The notes below the pieces were generated by a model that was given only the letters and a program-made list of their open reading frames with translations, searched no databases and was not told the DNA's origin. Shown here one piece after another: positions 30,204 to 39,188 of a stretch of 59,938 bases of DNA (within the stretch, counting starts at the first letter, position 1; the number at the start of each line of letters is the position of its first letter). This DNA is from an uncultured bacterium (GTDB lineage Bacteria > Patescibacteriota > Minisyncoccia > Moranbacterales > GWC2-37-73), in assembly GCA_903885965.1 (NCBI GenBank), contig CAISKQ010000032.1:1-59938 (forward strand), read 5' to 3'. The position numbers and the translations under genes are program-made.

Positions 30204-30295
30204 AATTATTAACCTACAAATCTACAAATTAACTACAAATATACAAATAGTTTTTTGTCATGTTATTAAAATCGGTGCTCCGTTTTGATCCGTCA

Positions 30296-31675
30296 TTAAT
30301 CCGCGTCAATCAGTTGACGACCAATTTTCCAAACATCTCCTGCCCCCATAGTAATAAGCACATCAAACTCTTCCGCATGCTGCTTGAAATATTCAACTGC
30401 CTCATCAATCGTTGCAAGATATTCGGCTTTGCCATAGTGATATTTATTAACAAGCCCAACCAATTCGGTTGAGGAAACACCCCCCTGCTGCTCACGTGCA
30501 CTGCCATAAATATCCAAAATCACAACATTGTCAGCATCATCAAAACTTTGCGCAAAATCTTGCAGCAGCGCCCTTGTCCGCGTGAAAGTATGCGGATGAA
30601 AAACTGTCCAAATCTTTTTTTCACCATAACGCTGGCGAGCACCATTGAGCGTAGCCTTGATCTCATCTGGATGATGCGCATAATCATCAATCAAAATGGC
30701 ATTTTTAAATGTTCCAATTTGCTCGAACCTTCTCGATGTTCCCTTAAACTCTTGCAGTGCTAATTTAATTTTTTTCAAATCTAGCTCCATTGCATTGCAA
30801 AGTGCAATAGCAGCAACGCAGTTGAGCACATTATGCTTGCCAGACAGAGGCGTTTCGAAAATTCCTAAACTGCTGCCAGCATGCATAATTTCAAAAGATT
30901 GCTTTTCCAGCTCAACAATATGATTGACAATCGCATAATCGTTTTCTTTTCTAAAACCATAGGTAAAAACATTGCAATTAGCAGTCTTAGCAACTTCCAA
31001 ACAATCAGTACCATCACCCCAGGCTATCAAAAATCCAACCTTGGGAATTTTTGCCACGAAATCTTTGAAAACATTTTTGTAACTTGCAAAATCAGGAAAA
31101 AAATCGGGATGATCCCAATCAACGCTAGTCAAAATCGCCGACCATGGGTCATAAAATCGCAGTTTGTTTTGATATTCATCTGATTCTGCTACAAAATATT
31201 GTCCTTTGCCAGAAAGTGCGCTACTGTTCCAATCCAAAACTTGACTGCCAACAATCGCTGATGGATCAGCCCCTGCAATTGCCAAAGCTTGAGCCAAAAT
31301 GGCAGAAGTTGTGGTTTTTCCATGTGTGCCGCAAACCGCAATGCCAAGTTTTTCACGAAAAAGCATACCCAACATTTCAGGATAGCTAATCAAGGGAATC
31401 TTTTTTTCTTTGGCAGTTTTGAGTTCAATGTTATTTTCCAGGCTATACGCCGTAGAAAAAATCACTGCGTCAATATCATTTGTTATGTGCGCCGATTCAA
31501 AAGTTTCAAAAAAAGCAATGCCCACCCTTTTCAAGATAGCATCAGTATAAAAAACTTCGCTAGTGTCTGATCCTGAAATTTTAATCCCGCGCGCATTAAG
31601 AATTTCCACTACTGCAGTCATTCCTGCCCCTTTAATTCCCACACAATATATTTTTTTAAGATCTGAAATTTTCAT
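30296..31675 (-). CDS. murC: UDP-N-acetylmuramate--L-alanine ligase
   Basis: 459 aa with GIKGAGMT and GTHGKTTT. Confidence 0.93.
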   Translation of the reverse strand: MKISDLKKIYCVGIKGAGMTAVVEILNARGIKISGSDTSEVFYTDAILKRVGIAFFETFESAHITNDIDAVIFSTAYSLENNIELKTAKEKKIPLISYPEMLGMLFREKLGIAVCGTHGKTTTSAILAQALAIAGADPSAIVGSQVLDWNSSALSGKGQYFVAESDEYQNKLRFYDPWSAILTSVDWDHPDFFPDFASYKNVFKDFVAKIPKVGFLIAWGDGTDCLEVAKTANCNVFTYGFRKENDYAIVNHIVELEKQSFEIMHAGSSLGIFETPLSGKHNVLNCVAAIALCNAMELDLKKIKLALQEFKGTSRRFEQIGTFKNAILIDDYAHHPDEIKATLNGARQRYGEKKIWTVFHPHTFTRTRALLQDFAQSFDDADNVVILDIYGSAREQQGGVSSTELVGLVNKYHYGKAEYLATIDEAVEYFKQHAEEFDVLITMGAGDVWKIGRQLIDAD

Positions 31676-31736
31676 ATGTATTGAATCTTTGCTGAATAAT
31701 TAAACTTTTTCATTTGGCTGACTAAAAAGCCATTCT

Positions 31737-32843
31737 TTACATCCCAGCAAGTTCAATCACTCCATTGGCGATAACATCGGCCGCATTGGGATGATAAAAG
31801 GTCTTAACCCTTTCAATCATTTGCCCTCTAAGATTATCATCTGAAAGAATTTTTTCAGTTTTTTCGAAAAGCAAATGCTGACCAAGGTTCGATTCCTCCA
31901 GCACAAACGCGGCTCCAATTTTTGCCAATGCAAATGCATTCATTCGCTGATGATCATTTGCACTATTTTCCAGCGGAATCAAAATCGCAGGTTTTCCATT
32001 GGCCGCTATCTCGGAAATAAAATTTGCCCCAGCTCTGCTGATAACAAGGTCGCAAAGCGCAAAGGAATCCCTGAGCTGATTAGCATTCAAAAATGGTACA
32101 GCATAATATCCCTCTCTGCCAGCCTTTATTCCATGCTGAGCAGCCCCAGCCAGAACTTCATTAAAATTTTTCTCGCCAGTCTGATGAATGATTTGATAAT
32201 TATACAAAAGTTGAGGAAGTATTTTCACTATTGCTTCATTTATTACTTGCGACCCCTGACTGCCTCCCAACACAAGCAATGTTTTTTTTGAAGTAGTAAA
32301 CCCCAGTTGACTCCTCATCATCATCGCATCTCCATCTGTAACCTGAAACCTAACGGGATTGCCAGTAAGCGCAATTTTTTCTCTTGAAAAATATTGCTCT
32401 GCGGAAGGATAAGCAACCGCAACTCGATTAGCGAATTTTGCAAGAAACTGGTTTGACACACCAGGAATTGAATCTGACTCGTGAATCAAAATTGGAATAT
32501 GATAAATCCAAGCAGCAATCACAACTGGCACTGCTACATAGCCACCTTTGGAAAAAATAACGTCTGGCATAAATCCGAAAAGAACCCAGAGTGATTGCAG
32601 AAATCCGATTGGAATCTTCAAAACATCAGTAAAATTTTGCATGGAAAAATATCTACGCATTTTTCCACTAAGGACATGCTTAGTGGGTATACCATTTTCA
32701 GCCATCACACTTTTTTCCATCTCCGCACCACTGCCAATATAGAGAAATTTGGCTTCTGGTCCAATCTTTTCTTTGATTTTATTTGCAACAGCAATTAGCG
32801 GAAATAAATGCCCGCCAGTTCCTCCCCCGGTTAAAACGATTCG
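31737..32843 (-). CDS. murG: Undecaprenyl-PP-MurNAc-pentapeptide GlcNAc transferase
   Basis: I set the start at MRIVLTGGGTGGHLFP. The ORF track extends 18 codons further upstream. Confidence 0.93.
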   Translation of the reverse strand, partial: RIVLTGGGTGGHLFPLIAVANKIKEKIGPEAKFLYIGSGAEMEKSVMAENGIPTKHVLSGKMRRYFSMQNFTDVLKIPIGFLQSLWVLFGFMPDVIFSKGGYVAVPVVIAAWIYHIPILIHESDSIPGVSNQFLAKFANRVAVAYPSAEQYFSREKIALTGNPVRFQVTDGDAMMMRSQLGFTTSKKTLLVLGGSQGSQVINEAIVKILPQLLYNYQIIHQTGEKNFNEVLAGAAQHGIKAGREGYYAVPFLNANQLRDSFALCDLVISRAGANFISEIAANGKPAILIPLENSANDHQRMNAFALAKIGAAFVLEESNLGQHLLFEKTEKILSDDNLRGQMIERVKTFYHPNAADVIANGVIELAGM

Positions 32844-33001
32844 CATAAAATTATAGTTAAGTTCATGGCTTATTAATTCACGACTTACGGTCAACAATAA
32901 CCCCCATTTATAAGTTCATACCTCATAAAAATCATCCGTGGGATGTTGGCTGTAAACATTTTAATTTTAGCAGAAAACAGCTTAAAAATCCATACCTGAG
33001 C

Positions 33002-34114
33002 CTATTTATAACTTGAATCTGAAAACTTTGAAATATTGAGCAGAATTCCGACTGCTGCCATCAAGAAAATAATCGAAGTTCCACCGTAACTAATGAAAGG
33101 AAGCGGAATGCCAGTAAAGGGAACCAACGCTATATTAGCACCAATATTTATGAATGCCTGCATGATAATCCAAGTTGTTATGCCAGTTGCAACCAAGCGA
33201 CCAAAGACATCTGGAGCATTTTTTGCAACCCTAAAACCTCGCATAGCAAAAATCACAAACAAAACTATCAAGAAAATACCACCGATAAAACCAAGCTCTT
33301 CCCCGATAACTGCAAAAATTGAATCCCCAACCGGTTCAGGCAGATAATTAAACTTTTGGCGACTATGCCCGAGTCCAAGCCCTAAAAATCCGCCACTGCC
33401 GACAGCCAGCAATGCTTGGCTTATCTGATAGCCGATTCCCTTTGGATCCGCACCGGGGTCAAGAAAAGAAGAAATTCTATCAAAACGATATGGCTCCAAC
33501 TTAACCAAAATCCATAAAGCAATAGTTCCCAATGATCCCATTGCAAAAAGATGCTTAATTCTAGCGCCAGAAACGAAAAATATTGCAAACGACGTCATGA
33601 TAATAACGAAAAGGGTGCCCATGTCTGGCTGTTTGATGATTAAAAAGCCAATCAGTCCCATAACACCAAGAAATGGCAGCAGACCTTCAAAAAAATCTTT
33701 AATTTTTTGAGAACCCTTACTTTCAAACCAGGCAGCTAGATAAATAATGATTGCCAATTTTGCCATCTCGGAAGGTTGAAATGAAAAAGGTCCGAGTTGA
33801 ATCCAGCGGCTTGCGCCATAAACCCGCGAACCCACTCCAGGCACGAATACGAACATCAGAAGAATTATTGCCATCAAAAAAAACAGCACAGCAAATTTCC
33901 GCCAAAGATGATAATCGATTTTTTGAAAAAGATATAACACAAGAAAACCAGGCAACACTCCGTAAAAAAGTTGATGCTTGAAAAAGTAATATCCATCCCC
34001 GAAACGGGTCTGCGAATAAATCACACCAGCACTCGCAATCATCACAAGCCCAAAGGCTAGCAGTGAGAGAATTACAAAAAATAATGTCTTGTCGAATTGT
34101 TTATCGTTATTCAT
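33002..34114 (-). CDS. ftsW: SEDS-family peptidoglycan polymerase FtsW/RodA
   Basis: Multi-TM protein with SEMAKL and QPDMGT motifs. I took the ATG at 34114 as the start. Confidence 0.9.
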   Translation of the reverse strand: MNNDKQFDKTLFFVILSLLAFGLVMIASAGVIYSQTRFGDGYYFFKHQLFYGVLPGFLVLYLFQKIDYHLWRKFAVLFFLMAIILLMFVFVPGVGSRVYGASRWIQLGPFSFQPSEMAKLAIIIYLAAWFESKGSQKIKDFFEGLLPFLGVMGLIGFLIIKQPDMGTLFVIIMTSFAIFFVSGARIKHLFAMGSLGTIALWILVKLEPYRFDRISSFLDPGADPKGIGYQISQALLAVGSGGFLGLGLGHSRQKFNYLPEPVGDSIFAVIGEELGFIGGIFLIVLFVIFAMRGFRVAKNAPDVFGRLVATGITTWIIMQAFINIGANIALVPFTGIPLPFISYGGTSIIFLMAAVGILLNISKFSDSSYK

Positions 34115-34204
34115 AAATATTCTAAACAGATATTGGCTTTTAGAGTTCAAACTTTAGAAGATCCTCGAATTCATAATCCTAAATGATGCGCTAAAATCTA
34201 AAAT

Positions 34205-34873
34205 TTAAAATCCGTCTTTTGAATTTTCATTTCTCCATTTCTCAATCTCCTTGTGATTTCCACTTAGCAGAACTTCAGGAACCTTCCAACCCTCAAACTC
34301 TTCAGGCTTGGAATATTGGCCATGCTCAAGATAACCATCACTGCTATGTGATTCGTAAACTGCACTTTCAACATTACCAAGCACGCCAGAAAGCAAACGA
34401 GTAACACTATCAACAACTAGCATTGCCGGAATTTCGCCACCGGTTAGCACAAAATCTCCCACGGAAATTTCTTCATCGGCAATATTTTGAGCAACTCGTT
34501 CATCTACGCCTTCATAACGCCCGCAAATCAAAATCAACTGATCATACTTTGATAATCTTTCCGCATCCGCCTGCGTATAGCGCTTGCCTTTTGCTGAAAA
34601 TAATATTGTACGAACTAATGACTGATTACTTATTTTTGATGAATTTTTTACCGAATTCACGCAATTGTAAATTGGTTCTACTCGCATCACCATGCCTGCC
34701 CCTCCGCCATAAGGCGTGTCATCAACGTTACGGTGTTTGTTTTCAGTGTAGTCGCGCAGATTGTGAGTCCCAATTTCAATGGCGCCACTTTCTTTAGCCC
34801 GCTTCAAAATTGATTCGCCAAAATAGCTATCGAAAATCTCTGGAAAAATTGTCAGGATATCAAATCTTTTCAT
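34205..34873 (-). CDS. trmD: tRNA (guanine37-N1)-methyltransferase
   Basis: 222 aa with ILTIFPEIF and PYGGGAGMVM. Confidence 0.95.
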   Translation of the reverse strand: MKRFDILTIFPEIFDSYFGESILKRAKESGAIEIGTHNLRDYTENKHRNVDDTPYGGGAGMVMRVEPIYNCVNSVKNSSKISNQSLVRTILFSAKGKRYTQADAERLSKYDQLILICGRYEGVDERVAQNIADEEISVGDFVLTGGEIPAMLVVDSVTRLLSGVLGNVESAVYESHSSDGYLEHGQYSKPEEFEGWKVPEVLLSGNHKEIEKWRNENSKDGF

Positions 34874-34957
34874 ATTGATAACTTTAACACGTTTTATTGA
34901 ATAAAAAAAGGGCTCTGAGTTGTCTTTTTTGAAGTTTTGCGTTACGATAATCTAACT

Positions 34958-36298
34958 ATGCAAATCAAAACCCTATCTCAATTTGAAGTCTACCTCAAAA
35001 CTCGCATTCCGACGCGGGAGGCTTTGTTTGTAGGCGATTTGGGGCTGCAAAGAGCCAAGTATTTCATGCGCTTATTAAGTAACCCTCAAAATAAGCTCAA
35101 AGTTATCCACATAGCTGGAACTTCCGGCAAAGGTTCAACAGCCTATTTGACCAGCCACCTTTTGCAAAGCCAGGGTTTTCGAGTCGGACTTTCCATTTCC
35201 CCTCACATTTTTGACATCCGGGAGCGCATCCAAATCAACAACCAATTGCCAAGCGAAAAATTGATTTTGAAATATTTCAATCAAATTTTGCCAATTGTCA
35301 AAAAAATGGAAACTTGTCGCTATGGCGCCCCGACTTATTTTGAAATTATCGTGGGACTAGCCTACTATATTTTCGCTCAAGAAAAAATGGACTACGGGGT
35401 CATTGAAACAGGGCTCGGTGGCAAACTCGATGGCACCAACACAGTTGCCAGCAAAGATAAAATTTGCCTGCTCACCAAAATCGGACTTGATCACACGGAA
35501 ATTTTGGGAAACACAATTGCTGAAATTACCAAGGAAAAAGTTGGGATAATCGGAAAACAAAACATAGTAATCAGTAACTGGCAATCAGTAACCAGCAATC
35601 AAATAATTATTGACAGATGCAAGGAAAAAAATGCGAATTTATATTTCATAAAACCTCAAAAAAATTATTCACTCATTTCTTCAAATAAAACAGCGACGAT
35701 TCTTGATTTTAATTTCGCCAAAGACAATTTCAAAAATATTAAGCTTGGACTTCTTGGCCAGCATCAAGTTGAAAATTGCTCCTTGGCGCTAGCTTGCCTT
35801 TCGGTCTTGGCTAGTCGTGATAAATTCGCAATTGACGAATCAAAAATGCGCAGCGCTTTGCAAAAAATTTCCATCCCAGGTCGCATGGAAATTCGCAAGA
35901 TTGGCAAGACAAATTTGATCATTGATGGCGCTCACAACCCTCAGAAGATGACTGCTTTTATTGCCAGTCTTAAAATCATTTTTCCAAAACAAAATTTTGA
36001 TTTTATCCTAGCATTCAGAAAAGGCAAGGATTTCAGAAATATACTGACGGAAATCCTGCCGATTGCAGATCATGTCTTTCTAACTGATTTTTCTCTAAGC
36101 AACCAAGAAAATAGTTCCAGTTCAACTGACAGCAAAGAAATTGCATCCTATTTCAAAAAAGAAAAATTTTCAAATTTCTCCATCATCGAAAACAATCAAA
36201 AAGAAATTCTCACTACCATCAAAAAATGCAAGAAATCAATCGTGCTAACAGGTTCACTCTATCTCATTGGTTCGGTTTACGGGTACATGCAAAAGTAA
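34958..36298 (+). CDS. folC: Folylpolyglutamate synthase / Mur-ligase family
   Basis: AGTSGKGST P-loop and Mur-ligase central and C-terminal domains. I took the ATG at 34958 as the start. Confidence 0.85.
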   Translation: MQIKTLSQFEVYLKTRIPTREALFVGDLGLQRAKYFMRLLSNPQNKLKVIHIAGTSGKGSTAYLTSHLLQSQGFRVGLSISPHIFDIRERIQINNQLPSEKLILKYFNQILPIVKKMETCRYGAPTYFEIIVGLAYYIFAQEKMDYGVIETGLGGKLDGTNTVASKDKICLLTKIGLDHTEILGNTIAEITKEKVGIIGKQNIVISNWQSVTSNQIIIDRCKEKNANLYFIKPQKNYSLISSNKTATILDFNFAKDNFKNIKLGLLGQHQVENCSLALACLSVLASRDKFAIDESKMRSALQKISIPGRMEIRKIGKTNLIIDGAHNPQKMTAFIASLKIIFPKQNFDFILAFRKGKDFRNILTEILPIADHVFLTDFSLSNQENSSSSTDSKEIASYFKKEKFSNFSIIENNQKEILTTIKKCKKSIVLTGSLYLIGSVYGYMQK

Positions 36299-36316
36299 AA
36301 TCTCTAGTATTATTAA

Positions 36317-36469
36317 TTGTGTCATCCTGAGCGTAGCTGATCCGCCTAGGGCGGAGAAGCGAAGTCGAAGGATCTGAGCCCAGATTTCCTCGCCTCGATT
36401 CGATAAGATATTTTCTCATCGCAGTCGAAGCGGGTCGATTCCGCTCCGCTTCACTCGAAATGACACAAT
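36317..36469. repeat. GC-rich MITE-like element with inverted termini (ATTGTGTCAT ... ATGACACAAT)
   Basis: A GC-rich island in AT-rich intergenic DNA. The 10-nt terminal inverted repeat is perfect. The internal motif GATCCGCCTAGGGCGGAG recurs inverted at 58259-58276. Confidence 0.55.
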
Positions 36470-36501
36470 ACTACCAAATTAAATTAATTGCACATTAAAA
36501 C

Positions 36502-36532
36502 AAAAAGACATTTCGCATAGAAATGTCTTTTT
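36502..36532. terminator. Bidirectional intrinsic terminator hairpin
   Basis: AAAAAGACATTTC-GCATA-GAAATGTCTTTTT, a 13-bp stem flanked by A and T runs. It sits directly 3' of the tRNA-like gene. Confidence 0.7.
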
Positions 36533-36537
36533 GTTAT

Positions 36538-36677
36538 AGGCCCGGTTGGATTCGAACCAACTATCATGATCCTCAAACTAAGAAAACGTTGACTGACCAA
36601 AATTTTTGAAACAATAACAAGTCAAGATTTTCCAGCATCACCCGTGAGAAGTGCTTTTGCCATTAAGCTACGGACCT
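36538..36677 (-). tRNA. tRNA-like gene with an intervening insert of ~64-68 nt; isotype unresolved
   Basis: On the minus strand, AGGTCCG-TA-GCTT-AATGGCAA-AAGC-A forms the acceptor and D arm. GTTGG-TTCGAAT-CCAAC-CGGGCCT forms the T arm and acceptor. The 7-bp acceptor pairing has one G-U. Ninety nt lie between the D and T arms. Confidence 0.55.
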
Positions 36678-36709
36678 GCTTAGTATTACACTGCTAGGCG
36701 AAGCTTATT

Positions 36710-36898
36710 TCATTTTAATATTGCTGCTTTAAATTTTTCCACGGCTTCTTTTTCTTCAATCACTTCAGCTTTGTATAATTTCTGCAAAAGCAGTGGCACG
36801 CCACAATTTTCACATTTTCCCCAAGCACAAAATCCTTGCTTTTGATGATGTTTTCGGCAAATTGAAATTTCCTTTTGAAGTGTTTCTTTGGAAATCAT
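36710..36898 (-). CDS. Small Cys-containing hypothetical protein
   Basis: 62 aa with C..HH...C.WGKCENCG. It abuts the DUF3850 gene. Confidence 0.4.
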   Translation of the reverse strand: MISKETLQKEISICRKHHQKQGFCAWGKCENCGVPLLLQKLYKAEVIEEKEAVEKFKAAILK

Positions 36899-36900
36899 GA

Positions 36901-37164
36901 TTATTTAAAAGATATTATTTGATATCCATATTTTTCAACTTCTTCGTCACTCCAAAAATTTATATCTTTGGTTTTCAGGATATATGTAATTTCTTTTTCT
37001 AAAACTCTGCCAGTATAGTCTTTTGTTTCAGGATCCCATTCCTTCAGCACTAAGACATCACCCTCATGGCAATCCCAATCTGCAAGTCGAAGCTCATATT
37101 TTTTATCACCGTCAAATATTTTCTGAAAATACTCCGGCCAAACTTTTTTCTCAATATGCATCAT
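36901..37164 (-). CDS. DUF3850 (ASCH/PUA-like) protein
   Basis: 87 aa. WPEYFQKIFDGDKKYELRLADWDCHEGDVLVLKEW matches the DUF3850 pattern. Confidence 0.7.
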   Translation of the reverse strand: MMHIEKKVWPEYFQKIFDGDKKYELRLADWDCHEGDVLVLKEWDPETKDYTGRVLEKEITYILKTKDINFWSDEEVEKYGYQIISFK

Positions 37165-37170
37165 AATATT

Positions 37171-37638
37171 TTAAATTATTTTTAACTCTTTAAGCCACTC
37201 GCACCAAACTTTTTCCAAACCAGGATTCTTTTTCCAGTCATCCTCGGAAATTTTTCCAGTCTCATATTCCTCAGTTCTTTCAGCCAATTTCTTTATTTCA
37301 CCAACATCAAACCATCCAATCTGTTTCGTTTCAGAAAGACTACGATTAAGTTCGCCCTCAACCTCAACTTCAAAAATTTGCCAGAAGTGCCAAGTGCCGT
37401 CAATTCTGCGACAAGGATTTTCCTTGCGACCCTCGCCCAACAGTTTCAAGGACTTTGCCACCAGTCCAACTTCTTCAAATAATTCGATTTTGGCCATTTC
37501 TTCAAAGCTTTCATTTCCATCCAAATGTCCCGCGGGTGGCGCAAAGGCAAAGGGAAATTTTGCCCGCTCAATCAAAAGCAGTTCACCATCGCGCCAAACC
37601 AACATACCCACGCTTTTATGATCACAGATTTTGTTCAT
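37171..37638 (-). CDS. NUDIX hydrolase
   Basis: Nudix box GHLDGNESFEEMAKIELFEEVGL. Confidence 0.8.
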   Translation of the reverse strand: MNKICDHKSVGMLVWRDGELLLIERAKFPFAFAPPAGHLDGNESFEEMAKIELFEEVGLVAKSLKLLGEGRKENPCRRIDGTWHFWQIFEVEVEGELNRSLSETKQIGWFDVGEIKKLAERTEEYETGKISEDDWKKNPGLEKVWCEWLKELKII

Positions 37639-37643
37639 ATAGT

Positions 37644-38057
37644 TTAAATTGTTTCAAGAAATTCTTCTATATTTTCATATCTTTCATTAAAAATAAGATA
37701 AAGTGTTTCTGGCTTTTCCGGTTTTCCAATTAAAATAAGTGGCTTTCCATAACCAAAAGCAACTCCTGCTTCTATATGAGCTGAGGTTCCTGCAGGTAAT
37801 AATAATATAACTTTTTTCGCATTTTTTAATCCCTCTAAATCATTTTTGAAAATTTCTTTAAAATATTCATTATTATAAAAATCATCAACTGCCTCCAAAA
37901 CCCTCATTTGATCTTCCGGATGAGCATCTGGATTGTTTTGATCAGCAGGAATAGCACAAAAATTATAACAAGTTTTTCCTTTTTCAGATAGCCTTTTTAA
38001 TAATAATTCACACTGTTCTTTATTTCTAAATCTTGAAATTATTGTGTAATCAGTCAT
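37644..38057 (-). CDS. Nucleoside 2-deoxyribosyltransferase-like protein
   Basis: 137 aa. KVILLLPAGTSAHIEAGVAFGYGKPLILIG shows the conserved Glu in a Rossmann-like context. Confidence 0.55.
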   Translation of the reverse strand: MTDYTIISRFRNKEQCELLLKRLSEKGKTCYNFCAIPADQNNPDAHPEDQMRVLEAVDDFYNNEYFKEIFKNDLEGLKNAKKVILLLPAGTSAHIEAGVAFGYGKPLILIGKPEKPETLYLIFNERYENIEEFLETI

Positions 38058-38062
38058 ATTTT

Positions 38063-38479
38063 TTATTTTACCTTAGTTAAATCCCCATCCAAAATCACAT
38101 CATACATCGCTTTAATCTCATCGACATAAGAAAGTTCTTCTGGCGCCGGATTATATAAAAATATTTTTTTGTTCAAGACATGCGCAAATCCCATTTCCAA
38201 AAAAGAATTTCCACCAATATATCCAGCCACTCCATTCAAATCACAATTAACCACCAAGATTGCATCACTGGCTTTGATTTTTTTATAATAATCTCGAATT
38301 AAATCATTTTCAATTTTATTCTTCACTGATTCGTTATGGATGTGGTCTGAGGTTTTCGTCTTTGCATATTCCTCGGTATGCCGTGGCAAAACAACGTCAT
38401 GCCCAAATTTTTGAAGTTCATCCCTGACCTCGATCATTTTTGCTGAAACTTTCATGCTGCCACAAATAACAATTTTCAT
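38063..38479 (-). CDS. Nucleoside 2-deoxyribosyltransferase-like protein (second, divergent copy)
   Basis: 138 aa with MKIVICGSM... and SDAILVVN...GYIGGNSFLEMGFAHVLNKKIFL. Confidence 0.55.
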   Translation of the reverse strand: MKIVICGSMKVSAKMIEVRDELQKFGHDVVLPRHTEEYAKTKTSDHIHNESVKNKIENDLIRDYYKKIKASDAILVVNCDLNGVAGYIGGNSFLEMGFAHVLNKKIFLYNPAPEELSYVDEIKAMYDVILDGDLTKVK

Positions 38480-38598
38480 ATTTTCTTTCCTACGAATTAC
38501 CTGCCTACCGGCGGGCAGGCGAATTTATACAAATGTACGAATGTACAAAAACCTTCAAATAAATTACCTAGCGAACTTCGACTTTCCACCCAAAATAA

Positions 38599-39147
38599 TT
38601 AGTTTTGCCTATTTACTTTTAGAGCTTTAAATAAAAGTTCGTATTCATGCTCTCGAGGAATAAAATCCTGTCCATCAGCAGTTACTATTTCTTGCAACTT
38701 TGCCAGTGAAATAAATTTAACTTCCTCAATTTCTTCGACTTGTAAGGCTAACTCAGTCAAATCAAAATCTTTTTGGGCCAAATAAACTTGAGCAAAATCG
38801 TTGTTGATAAAATTTCCATCATTTTGAACGTCAGCTTTTTTGATGTCAAAAAGAAATTGAAAATCCTTTCCTTTCAAGATTAAATTGGTTTCTTCTTGAG
38901 CTTCTCGAATCAAGGCCTGCGACGGGGTTTCTCCGCTCAGCACATGACCACCAAAATACACATCCCAAAGTCCAGGATAATATTTCTTATTCCTAGCCCG
39001 ACGATGAACAAGAATTTCACCTTGTAAATTCATCAGCAAAACCTGTGCAGTCAAATGCCAAACTCCGTGACTGTGAACTTCCTCACGGCTAGCCGATTTT
39101 CCCGTCGCCTTGCCATCTTCATCCAAAACATCAAGATATTCTTGCAT
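38599..39147 (-). CDS. NUDIX hydrolase (IDI-like subgroup)
   Basis: Nudix box GGHVLSGETPSQALIREAQEETNL. I set the start at MQEYLDVLDEDG so it does not overlap lysS. Confidence 0.8.
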   Translation of the reverse strand: MQEYLDVLDEDGKATGKSASREEVHSHGVWHLTAQVLLMNLQGEILVHRRARNKKYYPGLWDVYFGGHVLSGETPSQALIREAQEETNLILKGKDFQFLFDIKKADVQNDGNFINNDFAQVYLAQKDFDLTELALQVEEIEEVKFISLAKLQEIVTADGQDFIPREHEYELLFKALKVNRQN

Positions 39148-39188
39148 AAAAAAATAATTGTTGTATATTATATTTTGAATATTGTCTA

